A stretch of 32,000 nucleotides of DNA from Escherichia coli. Its GTDB lineage: Bacteria; Pseudomonadota; Gammaproteobacteria; Enterobacterales; Enterobacteriaceae. Below are positions 13,994-26,200 of the stretch, piece after piece. The notes under the pieces are model-generated. The model was not told where the DNA came from. It ran no database searches and was given only the letters and a program-made list of their open reading frames with translations. Location: assembly GCF_047300905.1 (NCBI RefSeq), contig NZ_CP178552.1; one strand, 5' to 3'. A program made the position numbers and the translations under genes. Each line of letters starts with the position of its first letter. Positions within the stretch are counted from its first letter, which is position 1.

Positions 13994-15775
13994 ATGTCGG
14001 CACCGATTACGGGACAAACGATCACGTTTGAACAAATCAGTGAAACATTGCGTACACAGTATAGCGATGCGGAAAAAAGACTGCAGGACAGCAGCAAAAC
14101 GCAAGTTGATCCCATGCGGCTTAATAAAAACCCGAAATCCCTTGATAACGATATTCGCGCTCGTCTTGAAAACAAACCGATGCTTGCTCCGCCTGAAATA
14201 CAGGTTTCAGATTCAGACAACGCCACTACAGCAAAGACGAATGATGCCCGCCTGACAATGATTTTGGGTAATTTAACAGGCATTGCCGATCAGGATATTA
14301 CAAAACGATTGCATAATAACCTTGACAGCACCCTGCTTCGACACGAAATGGCACATAATAAGTTTCGTGAATTAAGTGACGCTTATTCCTCGTCATTAGA
14401 TGATGCGCAAAAAGCCGACGATATCATGCATCAGGCCAATAATAATTACAATGCGGTCGATAAAAAGGTGCAATCGCTGGAGAAAAAAGTCAACACATTG
14501 AATCAAGAGCTGTCGCAACTGCAACCTGGCGATCCGCAATATAATAAAGTACTGACGCAAAAAAATGCGGCTGAAAAAACACTCACGCTGTCATTACAAA
14601 AAAAATCGTTAGCTGAGAAATCGTTAAATACAGCCATTATGGATGCTGATGCTGCGATCGGCCAAAGTATGGAAATTTTTGACGAAATTCAACAGCAAGA
14701 ACAGATTAATAACTTCACCACCAATATTTGCCTGACACAGGAAAACCAGAAAAATAGAAACGCGACAGCCACATTTATCCTTTTGATTACTTCAGTAATG
14801 GAAGTTATTGGTGATACCAATTGCGACTCTATTAAAAATCAATCTGAGGTAATGAAAGAGATTAACCATGTCAGGGAAAATAAACTCAATGAAACAGCAC
14901 GTAAATATACTACCACGACTAAAGTTTTAAAAATCGTTAATGAGTGTGTAACTGTAGTTACCTTTGCCGTAAGCGCAGTCTTAATTGTTGTTGGTCTTCT
15001 TGCTGCAGTTCCAAGTGGTGGTTCAAGTATTGCGGGTGCATTGGCACTTATTGGAGGAATAGCGGGCGCAGTAGTATTAGGTGTAGATATCACTTGTCAA
15101 ATCGCTCTGGGCACCACGGCTACCGGCTGGATTTTAGGGAAAGTTGTTGAAGGTCTTTCGGCTGCGATTAAAACAGTTGATCCCACTCTGCTCGCAATCA
15201 CCGCGCTTCTGGACGTTATTGGTGTCGATCAAGATACGATTGAACTGGTTAAAAGTATTTACGCAAGTGCAGCCGCTTCTATTGTCATGGCGACAGTAAT
15301 GATTGGTGCAGCTGTAATATGTTCTGTAGCAATAGGGGCCGTTGTTTCTGCATTATCAAAAACAGCCGCCGAAGAAGTCACCAAAGAAATAACAAGCACT
15401 ATAAAATCAACCATTGAATCCATTATTAATTCAGTTTCAAAAAATATTATAAAGGTATTAGACAGCGTATGCAGCGTGCTACAAACATCAGCCGTAGTGT
15501 TGAAGTTGATTGCCAAAATAAGTAATGGCCTGGAGAAAATAGGCTTACTCATCTGTGCAATAGCAACATCGACGATGAATTGTTTTGTTGCTGGAAACTC
15601 TGCCGACATGGCAATTTTACAACAGGACATGAGTAATCTATCAAAAACGCGTGAACAAATGCTTTCAGTATTGCAAAGGGTGGATAAAACCGTCGAACAA
15701 GAGGTAAGCCAGATGGTAAGAGTATTACAACACCGAACTGAAGCCTTAAAATTTGCTTCCCATTCTATCGTATAA
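13994..15775 (+). CDS. eipB: Type III secretion major hydrophobic translocator, SipB/IpaB family
   Basis: It is 593 aa, the same length as SipB from memory. It has an N-terminal coiled-coil region and a central pair of long hydrophobic segments (VVTFAVSAVLIVVGLLAAVPSGGSSIAGALALIGGIAGAVVLGVDI...). A strong SD AAGGAGG is present, and it follows the class II chaperone gene. Confidence 0.88.
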   Translation: MSAPITGQTITFEQISETLRTQYSDAEKRLQDSSKTQVDPMRLNKNPKSLDNDIRARLENKPMLAPPEIQVSDSDNATTAKTNDARLTMILGNLTGIADQDITKRLHNNLDSTLLRHEMAHNKFRELSDAYSSSLDDAQKADDIMHQANNNYNAVDKKVQSLEKKVNTLNQELSQLQPGDPQYNKVLTQKNAAEKTLTLSLQKKSLAEKSLNTAIMDADAAIGQSMEIFDEIQQQEQINNFTTNICLTQENQKNRNATATFILLITSVMEVIGDTNCDSIKNQSEVMKEINHVRENKLNETARKYTTTTKVLKIVNECVTVVTFAVSAVLIVVGLLAAVPSGGSSIAGALALIGGIAGAVVLGVDITCQIALGTTATGWILGKVVEGLSAAIKTVDPTLLAITALLDVIGVDQDTIELVKSIYASAAASIVMATVMIGAAVICSVAIGAVVSALSKTAAEEVTKEITSTIKSTIESIINSVSKNIIKVLDSVCSVLQTSAVVLKLIAKISNGLEKIGLLICAIATSTMNCFVAGNSADMAILQQDMSNLSKTREQMLSVLQRVDKTVEQEVSQMVRVLQHRTEALKFASHSIV

Positions 15776-15787
15776 GAGGGTTTTAAC

Positions 15788-16939
15788 ATGGCCACCTATG
15801 AAATTAAAAATGCGACCAGCATACATAATATTAACAATCTCGATAAAACAATCTTTGATAGAGATTATGGTAAAGAAAACAACATACCAAATGATAATAA
15901 AATTGTGCAATACTATAACCTTAAAGATATTAAGCATGACATAAGCTCTCAGTTTATAATATTAAAAAATACAGACAGAGAAGTCTGTCCGGAACTAAGA
16001 GTAAAACTTTTGGATAATCTTAATTACTCAAGGAATACGCTAGATAATTTGAGGGATGACCTTGACCAAGCTACAATTTCATTCAGTCAATCAAGCAGTT
16101 CTGCAGAACAGAGTTCTATTAAAATATCTAAATATAATATCCTTGATATACTAGATAATTTGACCATGCGACAACAGGCTGTTATGGAGGAATTTTTAAG
16201 GGTATTCACATCAATGTATAAAGCCTCTGCTATGTCTGAGGCTATTATGAGCAACGTTTTTGAACAACTTGTCCAGTATCAGAAAACAGAAACCGTACAC
16301 GCCACAATGGCAAGTTCGGCAGGTGTTCTTGCCGGGTCAACAGTTGGCGCAGCTGGAGCTGCAGCATCTGTTGTAGCAAATTTCAGAAGCCATCCCGAAA
16401 AGATGCAAACCCTTACACCTGATCAGAAGCACACTATCAGTGGAACTGATGATAAAACACAGCGAGGATTAAAAAGGGAAGTTCAAGATCAACAAGCTTA
16501 TCTCAAGCAAATAGATGAAGAAATAAAAACAACAACGAAAGATACAACACTTGATGAAGAACAAAAAGAAGAGACCCTGAAATATTACGATAAAGAAAAA
16601 GAAACTACGGAAGAAAAAATTAGAGATAAAAACGAGCGTATTAGTATAAAACATAACAGGAAATATAATAAATATTTTACTATAGGTAAAGCAGATGTAC
16701 TTTCACAGCTTGTTAATCAATCAACTCAAGCATCACTTAGAATTCTAGAAAGTACTACTCATGCAGAAAAAGACATTGTTGAACAGGCTAAAAATGTCAT
16801 GCATTCAGTTATGAGTAGCTATCTGGATCAAATTAATCGTGATGTTCAAGGAAGAGATCAGGCACTCAATTTATTACAGCAAATAATACAAACCATTATT
16901 GATACTGATAGTGCTATTGTTCAAGGAATTCGCTCATAA
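15788..16939 (+). CDS. eipC: Type III secretion minor translocator, SipC/IpaC family
   Basis: It is 383 aa with a single central hydrophobic stretch (SSAGVLAGSTVGAAGAAASVVA) flanked by charged coiled-coil regions. It starts 12 nt after the eipB stop, in the SipB-SipC-SipD order. Confidence 0.8.
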   Translation: MATYEIKNATSIHNINNLDKTIFDRDYGKENNIPNDNKIVQYYNLKDIKHDISSQFIILKNTDREVCPELRVKLLDNLNYSRNTLDNLRDDLDQATISFSQSSSSAEQSSIKISKYNILDILDNLTMRQQAVMEEFLRVFTSMYKASAMSEAIMSNVFEQLVQYQKTETVHATMASSAGVLAGSTVGAAGAAASVVANFRSHPEKMQTLTPDQKHTISGTDDKTQRGLKREVQDQQAYLKQIDEEIKTTTKDTTLDEEQKEETLKYYDKEKETTEEKIRDKNERISIKHNRKYNKYFTIGKADVLSQLVNQSTQASLRILESTTHAEKDIVEQAKNVMHSVMSSYLDQINRDVQGRDQALNLLQQIIQTIIDTDSAIVQGIRS

Positions 16940-16982
16940 ATTATTGCAATAATAGTTTCTTATATTTAAGGAGGAATGACAC

Positions 16983-18332
16983 ATGATTAATAAAGATAAT
17001 AATTTAAATATAGATATTCTACGTCAGCAGAATGCAAACATTCCTCTTCAAGAGGCATCCTCGCAAAGTGAGGAGCCTCATCAACTGGAAAACAGCAAAA
17101 GCGAGGGTAATTTGCATAACAGCGCCAGTAAGGATAATAATATTGGCGCTATGCTCAAGAAAGATGTTGAAAAACTATCAACTTTAGTCAGTGAACGTAG
17201 CCCGCGAAATGAAGACTGGAAATGCCAGCATGACATACAGCTTAACTTCGTTAAAAACATGCTCAGAAATTTCCCAACTGAGAACCTGTCAGAGAAAGGA
17301 TCTGCGCTCTTACACGAAAGTTATTCGCTGATAAAAAACGTTCTGCAGCTTACAGAAAATGTTAATACTATTGACGGAAAATTAAAGGATCCCGCTAAAA
17401 TATTGACCTTGCATAACTCTGTGAGAAAAACCCTGGCTAACGTTGCTCACAACACAACCGGGTCAAGTGCAATGGCATCGACCAAAGGTACCTTAAATCA
17501 CGCTATCGCTTCTTTAGAGAGTTCTGCGCCTGAAATGAGAAGTTCAGCAACCAGCAGTACTTTAACGGCCAGTAGTTCAAACGAATTTAAAAGTGATAAA
17601 TATATATGCAGTGATATTGCTGATTTGATGAGTGTGCTCGGTAGCGACTACCTCGAAATCTATGCAAATAGCGTTGAGATAATGAGCGCATACTGGCAGG
17701 ACTTCAGTGAACATATCCAAAGCAATATGGGAAAATGGACTCACTCTAATAAAAAAGGCGATGCGATAGTTTTTGACGTCAATGCATTCCAAAAAGCCTT
17801 GATGCATTTTTATTATATCGATAAATATCCTAATGGTGATTTCCACTATCATTACAATCCAGACTATGTTTTATACCCTCCGGCACCTGCTGACAAAATT
17901 GGTGTACCACTAGAAGAAGCAGAAAAATGGTGCGCCGCTTTAGGACTTCCGGTAATTCCACCCGATCCCAAACACCGCACACCTTCTCCGATTGTCGAAG
18001 TTGAACCGCAAGGTAGCGGTCTGTATGTTATTATTCCCAACCCTCAGATTATTGACAGTATGAGTCAGTCTTCAGACTCAATGGTGCATAGGGACGATAA
18101 AGGGAAGGAAAAAAATATATCTAAAGAATTCACCGGTTATGAAATAAGCACAGCTGAATACCAGGCATGGCTGGCGGGTTATAACGGCCAGGCAGAAAAC
18201 ATGAAAACCGACGTGCAGGTTATCACGACTAAATACAGTACAGCCAACTCCACCTACGATACAATTATCAAATTATTATCTTCAACCATTACTGCGTTGT
18301 TTGATTCAGCGAAAGATTATTTACGTTTCTGA
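16983..18332 (+). CDS. eipD: Type III secretion needle-tip protein, SipD/IpaD family (N-terminally extended)
   Basis: It is 449 aa. The C-terminus ...YQAWLAGYNGQAENMKTDVQVITTKYSTANSTYDTIIKLLSSTITALFDSAKDYLRF parallels the conserved IpaD/SipD C-terminal helix. The SD is AAGGAGG. Confidence 0.82.
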   Translation: MINKDNNLNIDILRQQNANIPLQEASSQSEEPHQLENSKSEGNLHNSASKDNNIGAMLKKDVEKLSTLVSERSPRNEDWKCQHDIQLNFVKNMLRNFPTENLSEKGSALLHESYSLIKNVLQLTENVNTIDGKLKDPAKILTLHNSVRKTLANVAHNTTGSSAMASTKGTLNHAIASLESSAPEMRSSATSSTLTASSSNEFKSDKYICSDIADLMSVLGSDYLEIYANSVEIMSAYWQDFSEHIQSNMGKWTHSNKKGDAIVFDVNAFQKALMHFYYIDKYPNGDFHYHYNPDYVLYPPAPADKIGVPLEEAEKWCAALGLPVIPPDPKHRTPSPIVEVEPQGSGLYVIIPNPQIIDSMSQSSDSMVHRDDKGKEKNISKEFTGYEISTAEYQAWLAGYNGQAENMKTDVQVITTKYSTANSTYDTIIKLLSSTITALFDSAKDYLRF

Positions 18333-18363
18333 TTAAGTAACACCCACAATTATCGCCTACTAT

Positions 18364-18400
18364 CTGGTCCCGAAAAATGGGACCAGCGTTTCATATTATT
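18364..18400 (+). terminator. Candidate terminator after eipD
   Basis: The hairpin CTGGTCCC-GAAAAAT-GGGACCAG (18364-18386) is followed by a T-rich tail CGTTTCATATTATT. This implies eilA has its own promoter in 18400-18534. Confidence 0.5.
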
Positions 18401-18534
18401 AAGCATCAGCTTTCATTCATTTCTTCATCACAATCTTACAAAATGAGCGTTTTTTGATAGAGCAATTCTGCCAATACTTTATTTTATATTAATCAAATTA
18501 ATACTATGAATAGAGAAAACGGAAGGAGCGTTCT

Positions 18535-20232
18535 ATGCAACTGCAACATGGAAAAAATAATACACAACAATATATATTTGGCGACTTTGTATTAAAAAAC
18601 AATGGAATATTATTATTCAAAAACAAAGAATATCATATTCCCCCGAAAGAACTTGGCGTTATCATTCTATTACTTAATGCTGACGGTGAAATTGTTAGCA
18701 AAGAAGAGATTATCGATAAGGTCTGGAGCGCGAGTGTTGCCAGTGATGAATCTCTAACACGATGTATTTATGCATTGCGCAAACTTTTGCATGAGAATAA
18801 ACAGTGTAAGTATATCGAAACGGTCTATGGTTGTGGATACCGTTTTACTGTACCTATTGTGATTGTGACCGATAATGAACCGGTAAAGTCGACCACCACT
18901 CTTGCCGTTTTTCCCTTTCGTACTGAAGGTTCGATCAATGTTCTAAAACTCCATTACGAACTTGTCCAGGGCCTTTCAAAATATGCTTTTTGTGGTTTAG
19001 ATATTTTACCCGCTTCGGTAACAAATGAGGCCAGTGATTTCTCCACCATCCATCAGTTTATCAATAAAACAGGTCCAGAATATTATATTATGGGTCAGGT
19101 CGTTCACTATGGTAAAAACTGGCGTTTATTTATTGAGTTAATCCATGCCAGAACGCATAAATTGATTGATCATCAAAGTATTGATTTCAACCCCGATAAT
19201 CCTCTTTCCGTATTATTATCACAAGTAATTAATATTCTTATTGAAAAAATACCCAACATTAATTTTAAATCTATTAATACACAACAAATGCCATCTCTGG
19301 ATTCTGCTGTTATGTATATGAATGGCAGGATGGAAATGTACCGTTATACACCAGAAAGTTTGAAACGAGCATTAGTAATATTTAGAGATTGTGTGAGTAC
19401 GCAACCGCAAAATACCTTGCCCTACTGTTGCCTGGCGGAATGCCATATATCATTAGCACTCCTTGGAATCAGTGAACAAAAACAAGCAATAACTACGGCA
19501 GTAACCTCCATTGAAAAGGCTCTGGAAATTAACCCTTCAAATTCTCAGGCATTGGGTTTACTGGGTTTAATCAGTGGGCTAAAAGATGAACATTCAGTGT
19601 CTAATGTGCTATTTAAGCAAGCACATTTACTCAAACCTAATTCGCCAGACGTTTATTATTATCAGTCTCTGCTATGTTTTTTGAACGGTGACCTAGCAAG
19701 AGCATTTAATTTAATAGAAAAAAGCATTGCTCTTGAACCCAATAAAATGGGCATAAGCATTCTTAAATTAATTATACTTTATTACACATCCCCCCTCGAT
19801 AACGCGATATCTTTTGCATTAAATCTTAACAGTCAAAACACCTGTAATAATCCAATTATTACCTCTATTCTGGCTATGTTCATGGCACTGAAAGGACATA
19901 ATGACAAAGCCAAAAGTTTATTGCTTAAACTTGAGCCTGAACATGGTCTTGATTACACCTGCGTTAACTCGCTTTATACGAAGTTTCTGATCTATGGCGC
20001 ATCTATAAAAAATGACATTATGAAGTTACTGGCAAATATTAACACTAACAAAATCAATGGTGTGATTTTGCCGTTAATTTACACTGTTTATGGTAAGAAA
20101 GAATATGAAAAGCGCTGGCAACAATTAATTAAAGAGAATGATTTATGGTCAAATGTTTTGCTTCATGACCCCCGTTTGCTCAGTGTAAAAAATGAATTTA
20201 ATACTATTGGTGTGATGCGTACTTCTGCGTAA
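18535..20232 (+). CDS. eilA: HilA-like transcriptional regulator (OmpR/ToxR-type winged-helix N-terminus plus TPR-like C-terminal region)
   Basis: It is 565 aa. The N-terminus FGDFVLKNNGILLFKNKEYHIPPKELGVIILLLNADGEIVSKEEIIDKVWSASVASDESLTRCIYALRKLL...GYRF is a trans_reg_C-type DNA-binding domain. The long helical-repeat C-terminal part, the size and the architecture are like HilA. It is adjacent to translocator genes. Confidence 0.85.
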   Translation: MQLQHGKNNTQQYIFGDFVLKNNGILLFKNKEYHIPPKELGVIILLLNADGEIVSKEEIIDKVWSASVASDESLTRCIYALRKLLHENKQCKYIETVYGCGYRFTVPIVIVTDNEPVKSTTTLAVFPFRTEGSINVLKLHYELVQGLSKYAFCGLDILPASVTNEASDFSTIHQFINKTGPEYYIMGQVVHYGKNWRLFIELIHARTHKLIDHQSIDFNPDNPLSVLLSQVINILIEKIPNINFKSINTQQMPSLDSAVMYMNGRMEMYRYTPESLKRALVIFRDCVSTQPQNTLPYCCLAECHISLALLGISEQKQAITTAVTSIEKALEINPSNSQALGLLGLISGLKDEHSVSNVLFKQAHLLKPNSPDVYYYQSLLCFLNGDLARAFNLIEKSIALEPNKMGISILKLIILYYTSPLDNAISFALNLNSQNTCNNPIITSILAMFMALKGHNDKAKSLLLKLEPEHGLDYTCVNSLYTKFLIYGASIKNDIMKLLANINTNKINGVILPLIYTVYGKKEYEKRWQQLIKENDLWSNVLLHDPRLLSVKNEFNTIGVMRTSA

Positions 20233-20243
20233 TAACGAATATA

Positions 20244-20269
20244 AATTGCCCTGCTGATGCAGGGCAATT
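20244..20269. terminator. Bidirectional hairpin terminator between convergent eilA and air
   Basis: The stem is 11 bp, AATTGCCCTGC-TGAT-GCAGGGCAATT, flanked by A/T-rich sequence on both sides. It lies 12 nt after the eilA stop and 15 nt after the air stop. Confidence 0.7.
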
Positions 20270-20283
20270 TAGTAATTACTTCG

Positions 20284-23200
20284 TTAATAATACTCTACGC
20301 ACAAGCCAGAGGACTTTCCTGTTCCAAGCTCTGATATACCAGTTTCAGGATTAAATTTCTCGTGTACTCCCATGAGCTGAGTGCTTGTCCAATAATCCGT
20401 ACCGCTAAAAGCGTTCCCATAAATTTTTAAATTACCATATTCGCCCCACAACGTACCTACTTTTCGCGGTACTACCCCACCGCTTGGCCGCTGCGCTAAT
20501 TCTAAAGATGACGGCATTTGACCATAGCTACATGAAGTGTTTATGATATCCCAGGTATTACTACTGGTAGCACCTAAACTAGTAAACCATTTTTTAATCT
20601 TGAATTTAAATACAACATCATTCCCTTTACCATTCTTGGGTTTCCCGGTAATAGTAACTTCACTTCTTATCAGCACAGATAATGTTACTTCTCCATTACT
20701 GTCAACATTAATTCCATAAATCCCAGCCGTCCAATTATAATCCGTATTTTTCATATTATGGGTTAGTAACAGCGTGAATTTTGCACCATCAAACCCTGTT
20801 TCTGGAAAACCATCTGTCGCCCTGAATTTTACACCATTAACACTCAGCAACTCGACTTCCACAAAAGGAAGGATGGTATAGGATGGTTGTCCGTATATAC
20901 GCCAACCTTTAATCTCCATAAATGAAGTTAAATTTTCTCCTTCTTGGTAGGCCATATATGTACGTTCATATATGCCATCACCCACATATCTCCATTTTTC
21001 CCCTTCTTTTTTTTCTACATTTTGTAAGTACACTGTATCATCCAGCAAATCCAGACCGTTATCCACCGGATTTCCAAAATCATCAACTAATAAAACACTG
21101 ACAGGTAAATCCGCCCCTTCCACTACTAAAACTTCTCGTATACGAAGCTGTGAACCAAGCGGACTCACTTCACCTGGTTTGATAGTGTAATTGTTTGAAT
21201 AATTGGCATCGCTCCAACCAGCCATCTTCAGTTGCGCATTCAAATTCGCTTCCGCAAAATGCGCCATATACTGTCTTTGATATTGCCCATTGCCGTTGTA
21301 AACCCAATTATTGCCCTGGATAGGATCCGCATTCCTGACTTGTACGTTTTCCTCATTAAGCTGAACGACACCATCAGTAATAAAGTTACCCTGGGCGTCT
21401 TTAAGAACAACGGTTACCGTTATGCTATCCCCAGCGATATATATCGTTTTGTCCGTGACAATCGTGGATTGATTTTTTGCCGCTGCACCTGGTTGTATTC
21501 CGTATAACGAGGACTTAATCTCCTCTGCCCATGTTTTTAATTTCAGACTGGCAACCAGATTTTCCTCGGCAACCCATGCTGTCCAGACAATAGTATATTC
21601 ACCATTATTCTGCTCGACCCACCGCATAGAATCGGGAGTTGCGCCGCCTACCGCGAAATTATCGATATAAGACTCGATGACTTCTGATGTCAGCCCTAAA
21701 GCAGGGTTACCAAACTCATCCCGCAACGTTATTGTGACGGTTAATGGCTCCCCGGCGATATATGCCGATTTATCTGTCCTGATAGCAGAATTTGCCTGCA
21801 CCGGAGCACCGCTGTGGATGGAATAACTCTCTGATTGTTTACTGCTGCCCCATTCAGACAACTTCAGCGTCGCGTGGTGAGAGTCTCCCGCCATTTGCGC
21901 CGACCATGTAGCAGTATAAACACCGGCGGTTTCAGACCATCCTCCTGAACGTACGGCTCCTTCTACTGTTACGTTATCACCAGACAATAAGGACTCGCCC
22001 CCTTCAACCTGGTTACCGTGCGCGTCTTTCAGCGTCACGGCGACGGTTATAGTGTCGCCAGCGGTGTAGGCGTTTTTATCCGTAGCGATAGTTGATGTGG
22101 CTTGCGCCGGAGAACCGGACTGTATGTCATAGCGATCTGACGTTACGCCATCACTCCACGTCTGCAATTGCAGGTTGGCGTGCTGATTGGTACTGGCAAT
22201 CGTCGCCATTCGTGTTGTGGTATACACGCCACCTGATTCAACCCAGCTTCCCGTTTCTGACGGGTCGGTGCCATCCACCGCCAGCACACCATTAGCGGCT
22301 AACTGTGAAGCTGCACCGGTTACCAGATTATCGAACGCATCCCGGAGCGTTACCGTGATGGTGATTGTCTCTCCAACCGTATAGTTCGACTTATTTGTTT
22401 CAACGGTTGAAGTGAGCTGCGATGCATCACCAGGTACAAAGGTGACGTTCTGGCTCTGGCTGCTGTTGTTGATGCTGGCGGTGACTGTACTGGTGCCCGC
22501 CGTCTGGCTGGTGACACTGATCTCCACCGTGCCGTCCGGCTTTGTGGTCACCGTCGAAGCAACCGTTGCGCTGTTGCCCGCCAACACGCTGACCGTCTGT
22601 CCGGCAAGCGTATTACCGTTAGCATCGGTGACCTTCACCTGCAGCGTATTCGCCGTCGAACCGTCTGCCACTGAGTTATCCCGGGTGACCACCAGATCAG
22701 CGATCTGCGCCGTCCTGACATCGGCGATAAACGTCACGTTTCGGCTCTGGCTGCTGTTGTTGATGGTCGCAGTGACTGCACTGACTCCCGCCGTCTGGCT
22801 GGTTACAGATATCTCCACCGTGCCGTCCGGCTCTGTGATGACCGCCGGAGCAACCGTTGCGCTGTTGCCTGCCGACACGCTGACCGTCTGCCCGGCAAGT
22901 GCATTGCCGAACGCATCGGTCACCCTCGCCCGCAGCGTGTTCGCCGTCGCACCGTCCGCCTCTGAACCGTCCTTAATGACCACCAGACTCGCGATCTGCG
23001 CCGTTCTGACATCGGCGATAAACGTGACGTTCCGGCTCTGGCTGCTGTTGTTAATGCTGGCGGTGACCGCACTGGTTCCGGCGGTCTGGCTGGTGACAGA
23101 GAGCTCCACCGTACCGTCCGGCTCTGTGATGACCGTCGGGGCAGTCGTTGCGCCGTTGTCCGCCAACACGCTGACCGTCTGCCCGGCTAGCATGTTCCCG

Positions 23201-26200
23201 AACGCATCGGTCACCCTCGCCCGCAGCGTGTTCGCCGTCGAACCGTCTGCCACTGAGTCGTCCTTAATGACCACCAGGTCCGCGATCTGCGCCGTCCTGA
23301 CATCGGCGATAAACATCACGTTCCGGCTCTGGCTGCTGTTGTTGATGGTCGCAGTGACTGCACTGACTCCCGCCGTCTGGCTGGTGACTGAGATCTCCAC
23401 CGTACCGTCCTGCCCTGTGATGACAGTCGGGGCAACCGTTGCGCCGTTGCCTGCCAACACGCTGACCGTCTGCCCGGCAAGCGCATTACCGAATGCATCG
23501 GTTACCCTCGCCCGCAGCGTGTTCGCCGTCGCACCGTCTGCCTCTGAACCGTCCTTAATGACCACCAGATCCGCGATCTGCGCCGTCCTGACATCGGCGA
23601 CAAACGTCACGTTCCGGCTCTGGCTGCTGTTGTTGATGGTCGCAGTGACTGCACTGACTCCCGCCGTCTGGCTGGTGACAGGGATCTCCGCCGTGCCGTC
23701 CGGCTCTGTAATCACCGTTGGGGCAACCGTTGCACCGTTGCCTGCCAACACGCTGACCGTCTGCCCATTCAGCGCATTCCCGAACGCATCGGTGACCCTC
23801 ACCCGCAGCGTGTTCGCCGTCGAACCGTCCGCCTCTGAACCGTCCTTAATGACCACCAGATCAGCGATCTTCGCCGTCCTGACATCGGCGACAAACGTCA
23901 CGTTCTGACTCTGACTGCTGCTGTTGATGCTGGCAGTGACTGCACTGATTCCTGCCGTCTGGCTGGTGACAGAGATCTCCACCGTCCCGTCCGGCTGCGT
24001 GGTGACCGTCGGAGCGACCGTTGCGCCGTTGTCCGCCAACACGCTGACCGTCTGCCCGGCAAGCGCATTACCGAATGCATCGGTTACCCTCGCCCGCAGC
24101 GTGTTCGCCGTCGCACCGTCTGCCTCTGAACCGTCCTTAATGACCACCAGATCCGCGATCTGCGCCGTCCTGACATCGGCGACAAACGTCACGTTCCGGC
24201 TCTGGCTGCTGTTGTTGATGGTCGCAGTGACTGCACTGACTCCCGCCGTCTGGCTGGTGACAGGGATCTCCGCCGTGCCGTCCGGCTCTGTAATCACCGT
24301 TGGGGCAACCGTTGCACCGTTGCCTGCCAACACGCTGACCGTCTGTCCGGAAAGTGCATTCCCGAACGCATCGGTCACCTTCACCTGCAACGTGTTCGCC
24401 ATTGCGCCGTCTGCCACCGCGTTATCCTGCGTCACCTCCAGCATCGCGATCTGCGCCGTGCTGACATCGGCAATAAACTTCACGCTCTGGCTCAGGCTGC
24501 TGTTGTTGATGCTGGCGGTGACCGCACTGGTGCCCGCCGTCTGGCTGGTGACACTGATCTCCACCATACCGTCCGGCTCTGTGATTACCGTCGGGGCAGT
24601 CGTTGCGCTGTTGTCCGCCAACACGCTGACCGTCTGCCCGGCAAGCGTATTACCGTTAGCATCGGTAACCTTCACTTGCAGCGTGTTCGCCATTGCGCCG
24701 TCAGCCACTGAGTTATCCCGGGTGACCACCAGATCAGCGATCTTCGCCGTCCTGACATCGGCGATAAACATCACGTTCTGGCTCGCGGTGCTGTTGTTGA
24801 TGGTTGCAGTGACCGCACTGATTCCGGCGGTCTGGCTGGTGACACTGATTTCCACCGTGCCGTCCGGCTGCGTGGTGACCGTCGGAGCAGTCGTGGCACC
24901 GTTGTCCGCCAACACGCTGACTGTCTGCCCGGCAAGCGTATTACCGAATGCATCGGTGATCTTCACCCGCAGCGTGTTCGCCATTGCGCCGTCAGCCACT
25001 GAGCCATCCTTAATGACCACCAGATCAGCGATCTTCGCCGTCCTGACATCTGCAACAAACGTCACGTTCCGGCTCGCGGTACTGCTGTTGATACTGGCGG
25101 TGACCGCACTGGTGCCTGCCGTCTGGCTGGTGACACTGATTTCCACCGTGCCGTCCAGCCCTGTGATGACAGTCGGAGCGACCGTTGTGCCGGTATCCGC
25201 CAATACGCTGACCGTCTGCCCGGCAAGCGTATTACCGAACGCATCGGTCACCCTCACCAGCAGCGTATTCGCCATTGCGCCGTCTGCCACGGCGTTATCC
25301 TGCGTCACCTCCAGACTCGCGATCTGCGCCGTGCTAACATCGGCGATAAACGTCACGTTCCGGCTCTGGCTGCTGTTGTTAATGCTGGCGGTGACCGCAC
25401 TGATTCCGGCGGTCTGGCTGGTGACTGAGATCTCCACCGTGCCGTCCGGCTGCGTGGTGACCGTCGGAGCAGTCGTGGCACCGTTGCCTGCCAACACGCT
25501 GACCGTCTGTCCGGCAAGTGCATTCCCGTTAGCATCGGTGACCTTCACTTGCAGCGTGTTCGCCATTGCACCGTCTGCCACTGAGTCGTCCTTAATGACC
25601 ACCAGGTCCGCGATCTTCGCCGTCCTGACATCGGCGATAAACATCACATTCTGACTCGCGGTGCTGTTGTTGATGGTTGCAGTGACCGCACTGATTCCGG
25701 CGGTCTGGCTGGTGACAGAGATCTCCACCGTACCGTCGGGCTCTGTGATGACCGTCGGGGCAGTCGTTGCGCCGTTGTCCGCCAACACGCTGACCGTCTG
25801 CCCGGCAAGCGCATTACCGAATGCATCGGTCACCCTCGCCCGTAGCGTGTTCGCCGTCGCACCGTCCGCCTCTGAACCGTCCTTAATGACCACCAGATCC
25901 GCGATCTGCGCCGTCCTGACATCGGCGATAAACGTCACGTTCCGGCTCTGGCTGCTGTTGTTGATACTGGCAGTGACTGTACTGGTTCCCGCCGTCTGGC
26001 TGGTGACACTGATTTCCACCGTGCCGTCCGGCTCGGTGATCACCGTCGGGGCAACCGTTGCGCCGTTGTCCGCCATCACGCTGACCGTCTGTCCATTCAG
26101 CGCATTCCCGAACGCATCGGTGACCTTCACCCGCAGCGTGTTCGCCATTGCGCCGTCAGCCACTGAGTTATCCTGCGTCACCTCCAGACTCGCGATCTTC

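Noticed and set aside
13912-15795. Minus-strand ORFs antisense to eipB (123, 84 and 178 aa)
   Set aside because: They are shadow frames inside a well-supported SipB-family gene, with no RBSs.
13248-20232. Interpretation as a complete type III secretion system
   Set aside because: Only the chaperone, three translocon/tip proteins and a regulator are present. No apparatus, ATPase, needle or effector genes occur anywhere in the window.
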